Below are positions 49,056 through 58,374 of a DNA stretch of 64,000 bases, in pieces. The translations under genes were made by a program, and so were the position numbers. The DNA lies in contig OZ253449.1 in the NCBI GenBank assembly GCA_965261345.1, positions 1,920,001-1,984,000 on the forward strand, written 5' to 3'. Numbering within the stretch: position 1 is the first letter of the stretch; the number at the start of each line of letters is the position of its first letter. The notes beneath the pieces were generated by a model, which saw nothing but the letters and a program-made list of their open reading frames with translations, did not search any database and was not told where the DNA came from. The DNA comes from Chloroflexota bacterium (GTDB lineage: Bacteria; Chloroflexota; UBA11872; VXNJ01).

Positions 49056-50006
49056 ATGAATAGCTCGGGCAGGATTGCCTATCTGAACGGCGATTGGGTT
49101 CCTGAAGCCGAGGCGACGGTTTCGGTGTTTGACCTGGGTGTGCTCTACGGTCAGATGGTTTTCGAATTTACCCGGACCTATAACCGTCGCCCCTTTCGCT
49201 TGGGTCATCATCTCGAACGCCTCTACAACTCGATGCAGGTCGCGGTCATCGATTGCGGCATGACCATTGATGCAATGTACGACGTGACCATGGAACTGCT
49301 GGAGCGCAATTTCCCCACCCTGGCCGAAGGCGACGATTTTGGGATCTGGCACAACTGCTCGCCCGGCGCCCTTGGTCAGTACCACTGCATGGTCCCGCAG
49401 GGTTCGCTACCCACGGTGGCGCTGAGCGTTTGGCCGATTTCGGCCACCAAACCCCAACAGTGGATTCATCAGATCACCGGCATGGATGCGGTAATAACGC
49501 CCCAGCGCTCAGTACCGTCTAAATTGATTGATCCCAAGGTCAAGAACCGGTCGCGGATGCATTACCGCATGGCCGAAGTCCAAGCGGCGCGGATCAAACC
49601 GGGCTCGATGGCGATGCTAATTGATGACGACGGACACATTACCGAAGGAACCAGTTGCAACGTGATGATCGTGCGCGATGGCAAGTTGATATCGCCGGAA
49701 CCGCGAAACATCCTGCGTGGCATCACCCGCGGGGCGATCATCGATCTGGCCCATGCCCAGGAGATACCCTTCGTCGAGACCAACCTTGATCCGTTCGACG
49801 TCTATACCGCCGATGAGGCCTTCTTCTGCTCGACATCCTTTGCGATCATGCCTATCCGGACGGTTGACGACCACCAGATCAGCGAATCGATCCCTGGACC
49901 GGTAACTCAACGGCTCATCGACGCTTTCTCCGATGATGCCGGAATCGACATCCTTGACCAAGCGCGTCGGCTCTTCAATCTCCCTGAGCCCGCATTGGCG
50001 GGTTGA
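49056..50006 (+). CDS. PLP fold-type IV aminotransferase (BCAT/DAAT/ADCL family)
   Basis: YLNGDWV, HLERL, KVK (PLP Lys), TEGTSCN, ILRGITR, ADEAF. Confidence 0.9.
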   Translation: MNSSGRIAYLNGDWVPEAEATVSVFDLGVLYGQMVFEFTRTYNRRPFRLGHHLERLYNSMQVAVIDCGMTIDAMYDVTMELLERNFPTLAEGDDFGIWHNCSPGALGQYHCMVPQGSLPTVALSVWPISATKPQQWIHQITGMDAVITPQRSVPSKLIDPKVKNRSRMHYRMAEVQAARIKPGSMAMLIDDDGHITEGTSCNVMIVRDGKLISPEPRNILRGITRGAIIDLAHAQEIPFVETNLDPFDVYTADEAFFCSTSFAIMPIRTVDDHQISESIPGPVTQRLIDAFSDDAGIDILDQARRLFNLPEPALAG

Positions 50007-50051
50007 TCGGGCCGTTCAGCCGCGGTCGCACCTAACCGGACGGCCGCCGAA

Positions 50052-52007
50052 ATGGTAAGCGACCGCGGCGAGGTCCTCTGGCGCCCCGAACCGGCGGCGA
50101 TCGCCGCATCCAATCTGGCCCGATTCACCGGTGCGGCCGAGAACCGGACCGGCCAGAAGTTTTCAAGTAACTCCGACCTGCAGCGGTGGTCGGTGGAGGA
50201 TCGTGCGGGATTCTGGGAGCTGCTGGCGCAATTTGCCAAGGTGAACTTTTCGCGACCACCGGCAAGGATCAAGGGGCCCGACAGGATGCCGGGCACGGAG
50301 TGGTTTACCGGGGCGCGGCTCAATCTTGCCCAGAACCTGCTTTGGCGGGGCGACGCCAAGACCGCGATCATCTATCGCGACGAGTCCGGTCGCCAGCGCT
50401 CGGTTAGTTACGCCCAGTTGGGCACCCAGGTGGCCGCCGCCGCCGCGGCCCTGCGGAAAGGCGGGATCGTTCCCGGTGACCGGGTTGCCGGCTATCTGTG
50501 CAACGGGCCCGAGACCGTGGTCGCGGCCCTGGCGGCCATCTCGGTGGGGGCGGTCTGGACCGCTTGTTCGCCCGATTTTGGGGCCGCCGCCGCCGCCGAA
50601 CGGCTGGGCCAGGTTGCCCCCAAAGTCGTGTTTGCCTCCGATCGGTATTTCTATGCAGGCCGCCCATACTGCAGCCGCGCGGCGGTTGCGGCAATCGCTG
50701 CGATCGCCGGAGTCGAATGCCTAGTCCAGGTCCCCTACGATCCCGAATCCCCGGTTGCCAACCTGGCGGGAGCCGTCCCCTGGGATCAGTTTTTGGAGCG
50801 GGGCGGCGGGGCCGAACCCAGTTACGCCCAAATGGAGTTCGCCCACCCCGCCTACATCCTGTACTCCTCGGGAACAACCGGGCTTCCCAAGGCGATAGTG
50901 CATGGCGCCGGAGGCACGCTTCTCCAGCACCGCAAGGAGCACTTGCTACATTGCGACCTGCGCTCTGACGACGTGGTGTTTTACGGGACTACCTGCAGTT
51001 GGATGATGTGGCATTGGCTGGTTAGCGTGCTGGCGGAGGGCGCGACCATAGTCCTCTACGAAGGCAGCTTCGGCCATCCCGACCTTGGCGCCCTTTGGCG
51101 GCTGGCCGAGCAATGCCGGGTCAGCGTGTTCGGTACCAGCGCGGCGTTTATCGAGGCCTGTCGGCGCGATGGGGCCGAACCTGGCCGAGAACTCGACCTT
51201 GGCTGCTTGCGGGCGATCCTCTCGACCGGTTCGCCGCTCTCGCCGGACGGATTCAGATGGGTGTATGAACACGTTTCCGACAACCTGATGCTGGGTTCGA
51301 TTTCCGGTGGTACCGACATAATCTCCTGCTTCGTGCTGTCCAATCCAATCCGGCCGGTTCGGGCCGGCCAGATCCAGGGGCCGGGATTGGGGATGGACGT
51401 GGCCGCGTTTGACGAGAATGGCCGTGAAGTGATCGGCCGTCAGGGTGAACTCGTTTGTCGGCGTCCCTTTCCATCGATGCCGGTGGCTTTCTGGAACGAC
51501 CCCGAGCAGTCGGCTTACCGGCGTTCCTATTTCGAGCGGTTTCCCGGAATCTGGCGGCACGGCGACCTGATCGAATTCGACGCCGACGGATCCTGTGTCA
51601 TCTTTGGACGATCGGATGCGACCCTCAATCCGCAGGGAGTGCGGATCGGAACCGCCGAGATCTACCGTCCGCTCGAGGGAATCGATTGGATCAGGGACTC
51701 GATCGCGGCCGGACTGGGGAGCGCCCGACAGGAACAGATCGCCCTGTTTCTGGTCTGTGACGGACCCCTCACCGAAAACCGGGTCGACCAGGTGCGCTCG
51801 GTAATTCGCGCCAGCGCCAGTCCTCGCCACGTTCCGGCCAAGATCATTGCGGTCAGCGCGATTCCGCTAACCCGCAACGGCAAAAAGGCCGAATTGGCGG
51901 TGCGCGCCGTGCTGGCCGGCCTGCGCCCCGAAAATGCCAACGCGCTCGCCAACCCCGAGTGCCTAGATGAAATCGCCCAGATCGCCAAGGAGCTGGCCGA
52001 TGCCTAA
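50052..52007 (+). CDS. Acetoacetate--CoA ligase
   Basis: WF.GARLN.A.NLL, YSSGTTGLPK, SISGGTD, GRSDATLNPQGVRIGT. Confidence 0.9.
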   Translation: MVSDRGEVLWRPEPAAIAASNLARFTGAAENRTGQKFSSNSDLQRWSVEDRAGFWELLAQFAKVNFSRPPARIKGPDRMPGTEWFTGARLNLAQNLLWRGDAKTAIIYRDESGRQRSVSYAQLGTQVAAAAAALRKGGIVPGDRVAGYLCNGPETVVAALAAISVGAVWTACSPDFGAAAAAERLGQVAPKVVFASDRYFYAGRPYCSRAAVAAIAAIAGVECLVQVPYDPESPVANLAGAVPWDQFLERGGGAEPSYAQMEFAHPAYILYSSGTTGLPKAIVHGAGGTLLQHRKEHLLHCDLRSDDVVFYGTTCSWMMWHWLVSVLAEGATIVLYEGSFGHPDLGALWRLAEQCRVSVFGTSAAFIEACRRDGAEPGRELDLGCLRAILSTGSPLSPDGFRWVYEHVSDNLMLGSISGGTDIISCFVLSNPIRPVRAGQIQGPGLGMDVAAFDENGREVIGRQGELVCRRPFPSMPVAFWNDPEQSAYRRSYFERFPGIWRHGDLIEFDADGSCVIFGRSDATLNPQGVRIGTAEIYRPLEGIDWIRDSIAAGLGSARQEQIALFLVCDGPLTENRVDQVRSVIRASASPRHVPAKIIAVSAIPLTRNGKKAELAVRAVLAGLRPENANALANPECLDEIAQIAKELADA

Positions 52008-53166
52008 GGCGGCCCTGCTGGGAGCAGCCCGTTCCCCATTTGGACGGCTCGGTGGGAGTTTGGCCGGACTGTCGGCCGCCGATCTGGGGCAAAGCGTAGC
52101 GCGCGGTCTGTTGAAACGCCTGCGGATCGATCCCGCAATGATCGACGAGGCCATTGTTGGTTGCGTATTGCAGGCTGGGCAGGGCATGAACGTGGCCCGT
52201 CAGGTGGCAATTTCCGCCGGAATCCCGGTCGAACGTCCGGCCACGACTGTAAATCAGGTATGCGCCAGCTCGTTGGCCGCGATCGAACTGGCGGCGCGCC
52301 AGATACAGGCCGGAGAGGCCGAACTGGTACTGGCCGGCGGAACGGAGTCGATGTCGACTGCTCCACACCTGTTGCGTTCGCTGCGCGCCGGGGCGCGTTA
52401 CGGACCGGCCGAGTTGGAGGACGCGGTGTTAACCGATGGGTTAATGGACGCATTCGAGCACGTCCACATGGGAATGACGGCCGAGCGACTGATTGGCGAA
52501 TACGCGATATCGCGGTCCCAGCAGGACGAGTACGCACTAGCGAGCCAGGAGCGATACCGCGCGGCGGCAAAATTTCTGACCGCGGAAATGGTGATGGTCA
52601 CCTGCGCCGTCCAGCGCGGGCAGCCGATACCGCTGGAAGACCAGCTGCCGCGTTCAACCAGTCTGGAAAAACTCGCCGCGCTGCCGGCGGCATTTTGCGC
52701 CGGTGGATCTATCACCGCTGGCAACGCCTCCGGGCTGGCGGATGGTGCGGCTATGGCCCTGGTGGCCTCGCCGGCGGCATCGGCCGGGCAGAACCTAGCA
52801 CCATTGGCCCAACTCGAGGGATTTGCTACGGTGGGGGTCGAACCCAGGCGGATGGGGATCGGTCCGGCGCCAGCGATCAGGGCGTTGCTCGCCCGACACC
52901 AGCTGGATCTAGAGGCGATCGCGCTGTTTGAAATTAACGAGGCCTTCGCCGGTCAGGTACTGGCGGTGCTGGCTGAATTGGGGCTTGACCAGTCGCGGGT
53001 AAACGTCAATGGCGGGGCGATCGCCCTCGGACATCCGCTGGCGGCCACCGGAGGCCGGATGCTGGCCAGCTTGGCTGGAGAGTTGACGCGACGCGGCGGC
53101 GGCCTTGGAATTGCCGCTCTCTGTGTGGGCGGGGGCATGGGCAAGGCCGCGCTGATTTCAGTCTAG
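52000..53166 (+). CDS. Acetyl-CoA C-acetyltransferase (thiolase)
   Basis: NQVCAS, EINEAF, GHPL, LCVGGG. Confidence 0.92.
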   Translation: MPKAALLGAARSPFGRLGGSLAGLSAADLGQSVARGLLKRLRIDPAMIDEAIVGCVLQAGQGMNVARQVAISAGIPVERPATTVNQVCASSLAAIELAARQIQAGEAELVLAGGTESMSTAPHLLRSLRAGARYGPAELEDAVLTDGLMDAFEHVHMGMTAERLIGEYAISRSQQDEYALASQERYRAAAKFLTAEMVMVTCAVQRGQPIPLEDQLPRSTSLEKLAALPAAFCAGGSITAGNASGLADGAAMALVASPAASAGQNLAPLAQLEGFATVGVEPRRMGIGPAPAIRALLARHQLDLEAIALFEINEAFAGQVLAVLAELGLDQSRVNVNGGAIALGHPLAATGGRMLASLAGELTRRGGGLGIAALCVGGGMGKAALISV

Positions 53167-53183
53167 GATCCCTGCCGGCCGGG

Positions 53184-53256
53184 AGCCGAGAGTGGGACTC
53201 GAACCCGCAACCTGCTGTTTACAAAACAGCTGCTCTGCCAATTGAGCTATCTCGGC
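53184..53256 (-). tRNA. tRNA-Thr(TGT)
   Basis: Cloverleaf GCCGAGA..TAGCTCAATTGGCAGAGC..GCTGT-TTTGTAA-ACAGC..GGGTTCGAGTCCC..TCTCGGC-T; CCA not encoded. Confidence 0.95.
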
Positions 53257-53558
53257 CAGCATCGAAAGCGTCCGCCAAAAATGGCAACTAGATTCTCTCC
53301 TGCAAAGTTACGGATGCACGAACGGCCGGGTTTGGAAAATATGATGGGCGCATTTTTCTGTGCCGCTGAATTGATCGCTAGCCGCAAAGGCTGTCTGGGT
53401 CCAGTCCAATTGATTGAAATTGCCCCGGTTGGGCCAATATGGAGATGGCCCCACCGCCAGCTATCGGCCCGATCGCCGCTCCAAATAGTCAGACCCGGTC
53501 ATCCCCGATTCCCGGGCCTGACGCCCCACCATCTGGCCGCCCCAAAGGATCGTTGCCC

Positions 53559-54695
53559 ATGACTGCGTCCGGACCGATCTTTAGCCTGCCCGAGCATTTG
53601 CCGACCGACATTCCGCAGATCCGGTTTGGCGATCAGGCCCTGATTCCAATCTGGGAAAAGGTCGTTGCCGCCGAGCGACTCGATGGCGGCGAGGGGATGA
53701 CCCTGCTGGAGACCCCCGATCTGCTTGCGCTGGGCCGGATGGCAGATTTTGCCAAGCGGCGAATATCTGGCGACAAAGTCTTTTTCGTCCTCAATGTCCA
53801 GGTCAACCCCACCAACATCTGCGTCCTCTCGTGCAAGTTCTGTGACTTTGCGGCCAAACCGGGCGATGACCACGCCTACGAGATGTCCTATGACCAGATC
53901 CTGGAAACCATCCACCCCGACATGGACGAAATGCACATGGTCGGCGGGCACCACCATACCTTGCCGTTCGAGTGGTACGAGGAGCTGCTGCGGACGGTGC
54001 GGCGCGAGCGCCCCAACGTCCAGATCAAGGCCTTTACGGTTGCCGAAATCGACTACTTCTGCAAGCGCTTCAAGCTCAGTGAGGAAGAGGTATTCGATCG
54101 CCTCATAGACGCCGGTCTGCAGTCGATGCCGGGCGGCGGGGCCGAAGTCTTCTCCGACCGGGTCCGCAATCTGCTTTTTCGCGGCAAGGTGGACCGTCAT
54201 CGCTGGATGGAACTGCATCATATGGCCCACCGTAAAGGATTGCGCTCCAATGCGACCCTGCTGTACGGCCACATCGAGACCCTGCAGGAACGAATCGACC
54301 ACCTGATCTTCCTGCGCGCGGGGCAGGACAAGACGGGCGGGTTTCTGGCCTTCATTCCGCTGGAATACCAACTGGGGACCACCCGACTGGTCGAACGCGG
54401 GGCGACCGCAATAGATGACCTGCGGATGCTGGCGGTCTCGCGCTTGATGCTCGACAACCTGCCGCACATCAAGTCTTACTGGATCATGACCGGTGCTGAA
54501 ACCTCAGCGATCGGCCTCAACTTTGGCGCCGACGACCTGGATGGGACGATTGGGCAGGAACGCATCGCCCACGCCGCCCTGGCCAGCAGCCCGCTGGGTC
54601 TTGAGCGCGAGGCGATGGCGCAGATTATTCGCGATGCTGGCCGTCTGCCAGTGGCCCGCAACGCGCTCTACCGCGAAGTTGGCACGTTTGCCTAA
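53559..54695 (+). CDS. mqnE: Aminofutalosine synthase (radical SAM)
   Basis: NPTNICVLSCKFC, PGGGAE, HIKSYW, GADDLDGT. Confidence 0.88.
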   Translation: MTASGPIFSLPEHLPTDIPQIRFGDQALIPIWEKVVAAERLDGGEGMTLLETPDLLALGRMADFAKRRISGDKVFFVLNVQVNPTNICVLSCKFCDFAAKPGDDHAYEMSYDQILETIHPDMDEMHMVGGHHHTLPFEWYEELLRTVRRERPNVQIKAFTVAEIDYFCKRFKLSEEEVFDRLIDAGLQSMPGGGAEVFSDRVRNLLFRGKVDRHRWMELHHMAHRKGLRSNATLLYGHIETLQERIDHLIFLRAGQDKTGGFLAFIPLEYQLGTTRLVERGATAIDDLRMLAVSRLMLDNLPHIKSYWIMTGAETSAIGLNFGADDLDGTIGQERIAHAALASSPLGLEREAMAQIIRDAGRLPVARNALYREVGTFA

Positions 54696-55467
54696 TTTCC
54701 CGGCGCTGGGAAAGCTCCGGCTCGGCCGAATTTCCTACCTGAACACCGAACCGTTTTTTGCCAGCGACGCGATCCGTTCCCGGGCGATCGCCCGGCCGCC
54801 GCGCCAGGTCTACGATCTAACGGCTGCCGGAGAGGTCGACGCCGCGCCGCTGCCGTCGGTGGCGTGGGCGGATCACCCCGACACCCTTTCGCCGATTGGC
54901 AACTTCGGAATCGCAGCCGCCGGTGCGGTCGGCTCGGTGCTGCTGCGCTGTCAGGTTGAACCCGATCGATTCGACCGGGCCACTGTGGTCGGCGTCACCG
55001 ACGAAACCGTAACCTCGCTGCGATTGCTCAAGGTCCTCTTCCACGAACACTGGGATGTAGTCCCGCGCCTTCGCTACGATCCGCTCGGTCCAGATAACGA
55101 CGCCCAACTGGTAATCGGCGATGAGGCTCTAGGGGTCGACCCCCGGTTCCCGATAGCGATTGACCTGGGCCAGGCCTGGCAGGAATTCTCGGGGCTCCCG
55201 TTCGTCTACGCCCTCTGGCTATCTGGTCCCGATGCCCAACCGGAAGGACTGGCAGAGTTGACCGACTATTTCTCGACCAATCTCGCCCGCAACGGCGCCG
55301 ACGTTGCCGAGATCGCCGAACGCCGTCCGGGCCTGGGCATGACCGGTGAACAGATCGAATCCTATCTGGCCAAATTCGCCTATCGCCTGGGCGATGACGA
55401 ACGGGCCGGTCTTGCAAAATTCTTTGAACTCGACGCCCGCCAGCGCAAAGGGAGAATTCTTCGATGA
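54688..55467 (+). CDS. mqnA: Chorismate dehydratase
   Basis: GRISYLNTEP, GAVGSV, LVIGDEAL, DLG..W..GLPFVYALW. Confidence 0.85.
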   Translation: MPNFPALGKLRLGRISYLNTEPFFASDAIRSRAIARPPRQVYDLTAAGEVDAAPLPSVAWADHPDTLSPIGNFGIAAAGAVGSVLLRCQVEPDRFDRATVVGVTDETVTSLRLLKVLFHEHWDVVPRLRYDPLGPDNDAQLVIGDEALGVDPRFPIAIDLGQAWQEFSGLPFVYALWLSGPDAQPEGLAELTDYFSTNLARNGADVAEIAERRPGLGMTGEQIESYLAKFAYRLGDDERAGLAKFFELDARQRKGRILR

Positions 55468-56576
55468 TGGAATCCATCGCCAGCAAGCTGGACGACGGGC
55501 AGCGACTTGATCCGGCCGACGGTCTCTACCTCTGGGAGAGGGCCGATTTGCTCGAGCTGGGGCAATTGGCCGCCGCCGCCCGAATTGCGCGACACCCCGA
55601 ACCGATCGTTACCTACGTGGTTGATACCAACCTCAACTACACCAATATCTGCGATGCCTACTGTTCGTTCTGCGCCTTCTACCGCCCACCGGGTTCAACC
55701 GAAAAGGACGGGGCCTACGTCTATTCGGTGGCCGAGATCGTAGATCAGGTCGGGCGTGCGGCCGACCAGGGTTGCACGACGGTGCTGATGCAGGGCGGCC
55801 TGCACCCCGATCTGCCGTTCGACTATTACGTCGAAATGGTCCGCGCGGTGCGGTCGGCGCACCCCCAGGTCACTCCCCATTTCTGGTCGGCCCCGGAGAT
55901 TTTCAAGATGCGACAGGTGAGCGGGTTGGCCTACGAGGCGATATTTGAAGCCCTCTGGGAGGCCGGCCAGCGCACATTGCCAGGGGGTGGGGCCGAGGTC
56001 TTGACCAACTCCGTGCGGCGCAAGATCAGCCCGCTGAAAATGGATGCTGATGAATGGATCACGATTCTGCGCGCTGCCCACGCGGTGGGGTTTACCGGTA
56101 CCGCCACGATGATGTACGGCCACCTTGAACAGGCTCCCGACATCATCGAGCACTTAGAGCGGATCCGGGCGCTGCAGGATGAACCTTCGCCCGGTTTCTT
56201 CCACGCGTTCGTCCCTTGGAGCTTTTCGCCCGGCAGCACGCCGCTGGGCCGGCGCTTGGGCCGCAAACGGGCCGGCCCCAATCAATACCTGCGGATGTTG
56301 GCGTTGGCGCGGCTGTATCTGGACAACTTCGAGCACATTGACGCCAGTTGGTTCTCGGAGGGCAAAAAGGTCGGTCAGGTGGCCCTGCGTTTTGGGGCCG
56401 ACGACTTCGGCGGAACTTTGTTTGACGAGAACGTAATGAACGAGGCTGGACACTACAACCGAACTACCGAATCCGAGGTTCAGCTCATGATCCGCGAGGC
56501 CGGATTTAGGCCCGCCCGGCGCGATACGACCTACCAGATCCTGGAATTTATCGACGCCCACGAGACCGCCGTCTAA
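55464..56576 (+). CDS. mqnC: Cyclic dehypoxanthinyl futalosine synthase (radical SAM)
   Basis: NLNYTNICDAYCSFCAF, QGGLHP, PGGGAE, GADDFGG. Confidence 0.9.
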   Translation: MMESIASKLDDGQRLDPADGLYLWERADLLELGQLAAAARIARHPEPIVTYVVDTNLNYTNICDAYCSFCAFYRPPGSTEKDGAYVYSVAEIVDQVGRAADQGCTTVLMQGGLHPDLPFDYYVEMVRAVRSAHPQVTPHFWSAPEIFKMRQVSGLAYEAIFEALWEAGQRTLPGGGAEVLTNSVRRKISPLKMDADEWITILRAAHAVGFTGTATMMYGHLEQAPDIIEHLERIRALQDEPSPGFFHAFVPWSFSPGSTPLGRRLGRKRAGPNQYLRMLALARLYLDNFEHIDASWFSEGKKVGQVALRFGADDFGGTLFDENVMNEAGHYNRTTESEVQLMIREAGFRPARRDTTYQILEFIDAHETAV

Positions 56577-57431
56577 GTGGCCCGCGAATTGACCATCGGG
56601 CACAGCCCCGATGCCGATGACGCGTTCATGTTCTATGCGATCACCCACGATCTGGTAAAGATTGGAGGCGCCGGCAATTACGCCCACCGCGAGGTGTTAG
56701 AGGACATCCAGACCCTAAACGAACGGGCATTGCGGGCCGAGCTGGATATGACTGCGATCTCGGCGGCGGTCTATCCGCAGGTGGCCGACGACTACCAAAT
56801 CCTTTGCTGCGGGGCCTCAATGGGATTGGGCTACGGCCCGATCGTGGTTAGCCGGAGGCCCTGCCAACTGGCCGATTTGGAGGGCAAACCGGTGGCCATG
56901 CCCGGCCCCCAGACAACCGCCTTCATGCTTTCCAAGATGTTCCTGCCCGAAGTTGAGGCGGTCCAGTTGCCGTTTGACCAAGTCATGGAACCGGTCGCCA
57001 ACGGCGAGCTCGCCGCCGCGGTGGTAATCCACGAGGGCCAGCTCACCTATGTGGATGCCGGGCTGGCCAAGATCTGCGATCTGGGAGAAATCTGGCAGGA
57101 CGCCACCGGCCTGCCGTTGCCACTGGGGCTCGATTGCGTTAAGCGGTCATTGGCAGGAGACCTGAAGCTGGAGCTGCTCGCGGCCCTGCAGTCGAGCATC
57201 GATGCCGCATTTGCCAACAACGCCGACGCGGTTGGCTACGCTCTGGAATTTGGCCGCGGGATCGATGCCGAACGCGGCGAGAAATTCGCCAAGATGTACG
57301 TTAACGACCTAACCTACGACATGGGAAGCTCGGGCGTTGCTGCGCTCAAGGAGTTGTACCGCCGGGCGACTGAAGCCGGAATCTTGGACTCGCCGCCGCC
57401 AGTCGACGTTCTATTTAGACGTTCTATTTAG
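56577..57431 (+). CDS. mqnD: 1,4-dihydroxy-6-naphthoate synthase
   Basis: GHSPDADDAFMF, IHEGQLTY, LPLPLG, MYVN. Confidence 0.9.
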   Translation: MARELTIGHSPDADDAFMFYAITHDLVKIGGAGNYAHREVLEDIQTLNERALRAELDMTAISAAVYPQVADDYQILCCGASMGLGYGPIVVSRRPCQLADLEGKPVAMPGPQTTAFMLSKMFLPEVEAVQLPFDQVMEPVANGELAAAVVIHEGQLTYVDAGLAKICDLGEIWQDATGLPLPLGLDCVKRSLAGDLKLELLAALQSSIDAAFANNADAVGYALEFGRGIDAERGEKFAKMYVNDLTYDMGSSGVAALKELYRRATEAGILDSPPPVDVLFRRSI

Positions 57432-57446
57432 CTGAAGCGGCCAGCT

Positions 57447-58322
57447 CTACGAGTTCTCGCGCCCGCCCAGGGCGCGCGGTCGCTTATTGGCTTTACGGGC
57501 GTTGACGCCGGAGACGACCTGCTCTTTTGTGGACGCTCCTACCCCGAGTTCACCCAACTCGCTCGCCGGTAGTTGATCGACAATCACCTCGCCATCCTTG
57601 GCGACCTCGATCCAGGCCCCCCTGATGCCGCCGGTGTTGGGATCGACGGCAAATGAGGGGCAGAACTGAACCACGTAGGCCAGGCGTGGCGAATCCGAAT
57701 TGTTGGCCCCGGAGCGATGCAGGCACAGTGAGGACATCGCGATTGCCCGCCCCTTCTTAACGTCAACGGTAATTCCCGGGTCATCGCCGTCGTAACCGAT
57801 CAGGTCGGGTGAATCTTCGGATTTGACGTGTTTTTGCAGGCCCCACTTGTGCGAGCCGGGCATCACGCCCAGGGTCCCGTTGTGTTCGTTAACGTCATGT
57901 AACGGCAGCCAGATGGTCAGATATTCCTCGGGCACGATTGGGTAATAGCCGGTGTCCTGGTGCCATTCAAACTTGCCGCCGGTACGCGGAGCCTTGGTGA
58001 CCGCCTGGTCCCAATAGAGGCGTACGTCATCGCCAATTAGCTCCATCGCCAGCTGCCCCATCGACTCGCCAAGGGCCAAGTTGCGGGCCGCCGGGCTGCG
58101 ATCGTGCATGTCCCAGATAAAGTTGCGGCCCTTGACGTTGATCGAGTCATCACCCTCGATCTCGCGCTCGGCATCGGCAATTTTCCGTATGTGCTCGAAA
58201 TCGGCGGCCGTTTTGTCGAGCAAAGCCGAATCGAATATTTCGTCGGTTACAAAGTAACCGTCGCGTTCGAAAGCCTCGCGTTGCTCCTTGCTAACTAACA
58301 TCGAATTTGCCTTACCGCCCAT
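57447..58322 (-). CDS. PhyH family Fe(II)/2OG dioxygenase
   Basis: FERDGY, WHQD, NGTL.VMPGSH, LHRSG.N.S..PR. Confidence 0.88.
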   Translation of the reverse strand: MGGKANSMLVSKEQREAFERDGYFVTDEIFDSALLDKTAADFEHIRKIADAEREIEGDDSINVKGRNFIWDMHDRSPAARNLALGESMGQLAMELIGDDVRLYWDQAVTKAPRTGGKFEWHQDTGYYPIVPEEYLTIWLPLHDVNEHNGTLGVMPGSHKWGLQKHVKSEDSPDLIGYDGDDPGITVDVKKGRAIAMSSLCLHRSGANNSDSPRLAYVVQFCPSFAVDPNTGGIRGAWIEVAKDGEVIVDQLPASELGELGVGASTKEQVVSGVNARKANKRPRALGGRENS

Positions 58323-58374
58323 TAATTGTTTCCCTTGACCCCGCAGGGTCTAATTTTGTCAGTCGACCAAGCCC

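Noticed and set aside
53170-53260. tRNA-Thr as an integration site
   Set aside because: No integrase nearby and I noticed no duplicated tRNA 3' end; the single C-A mismatch in the T-stem is not enough to call a pseudo-tRNA
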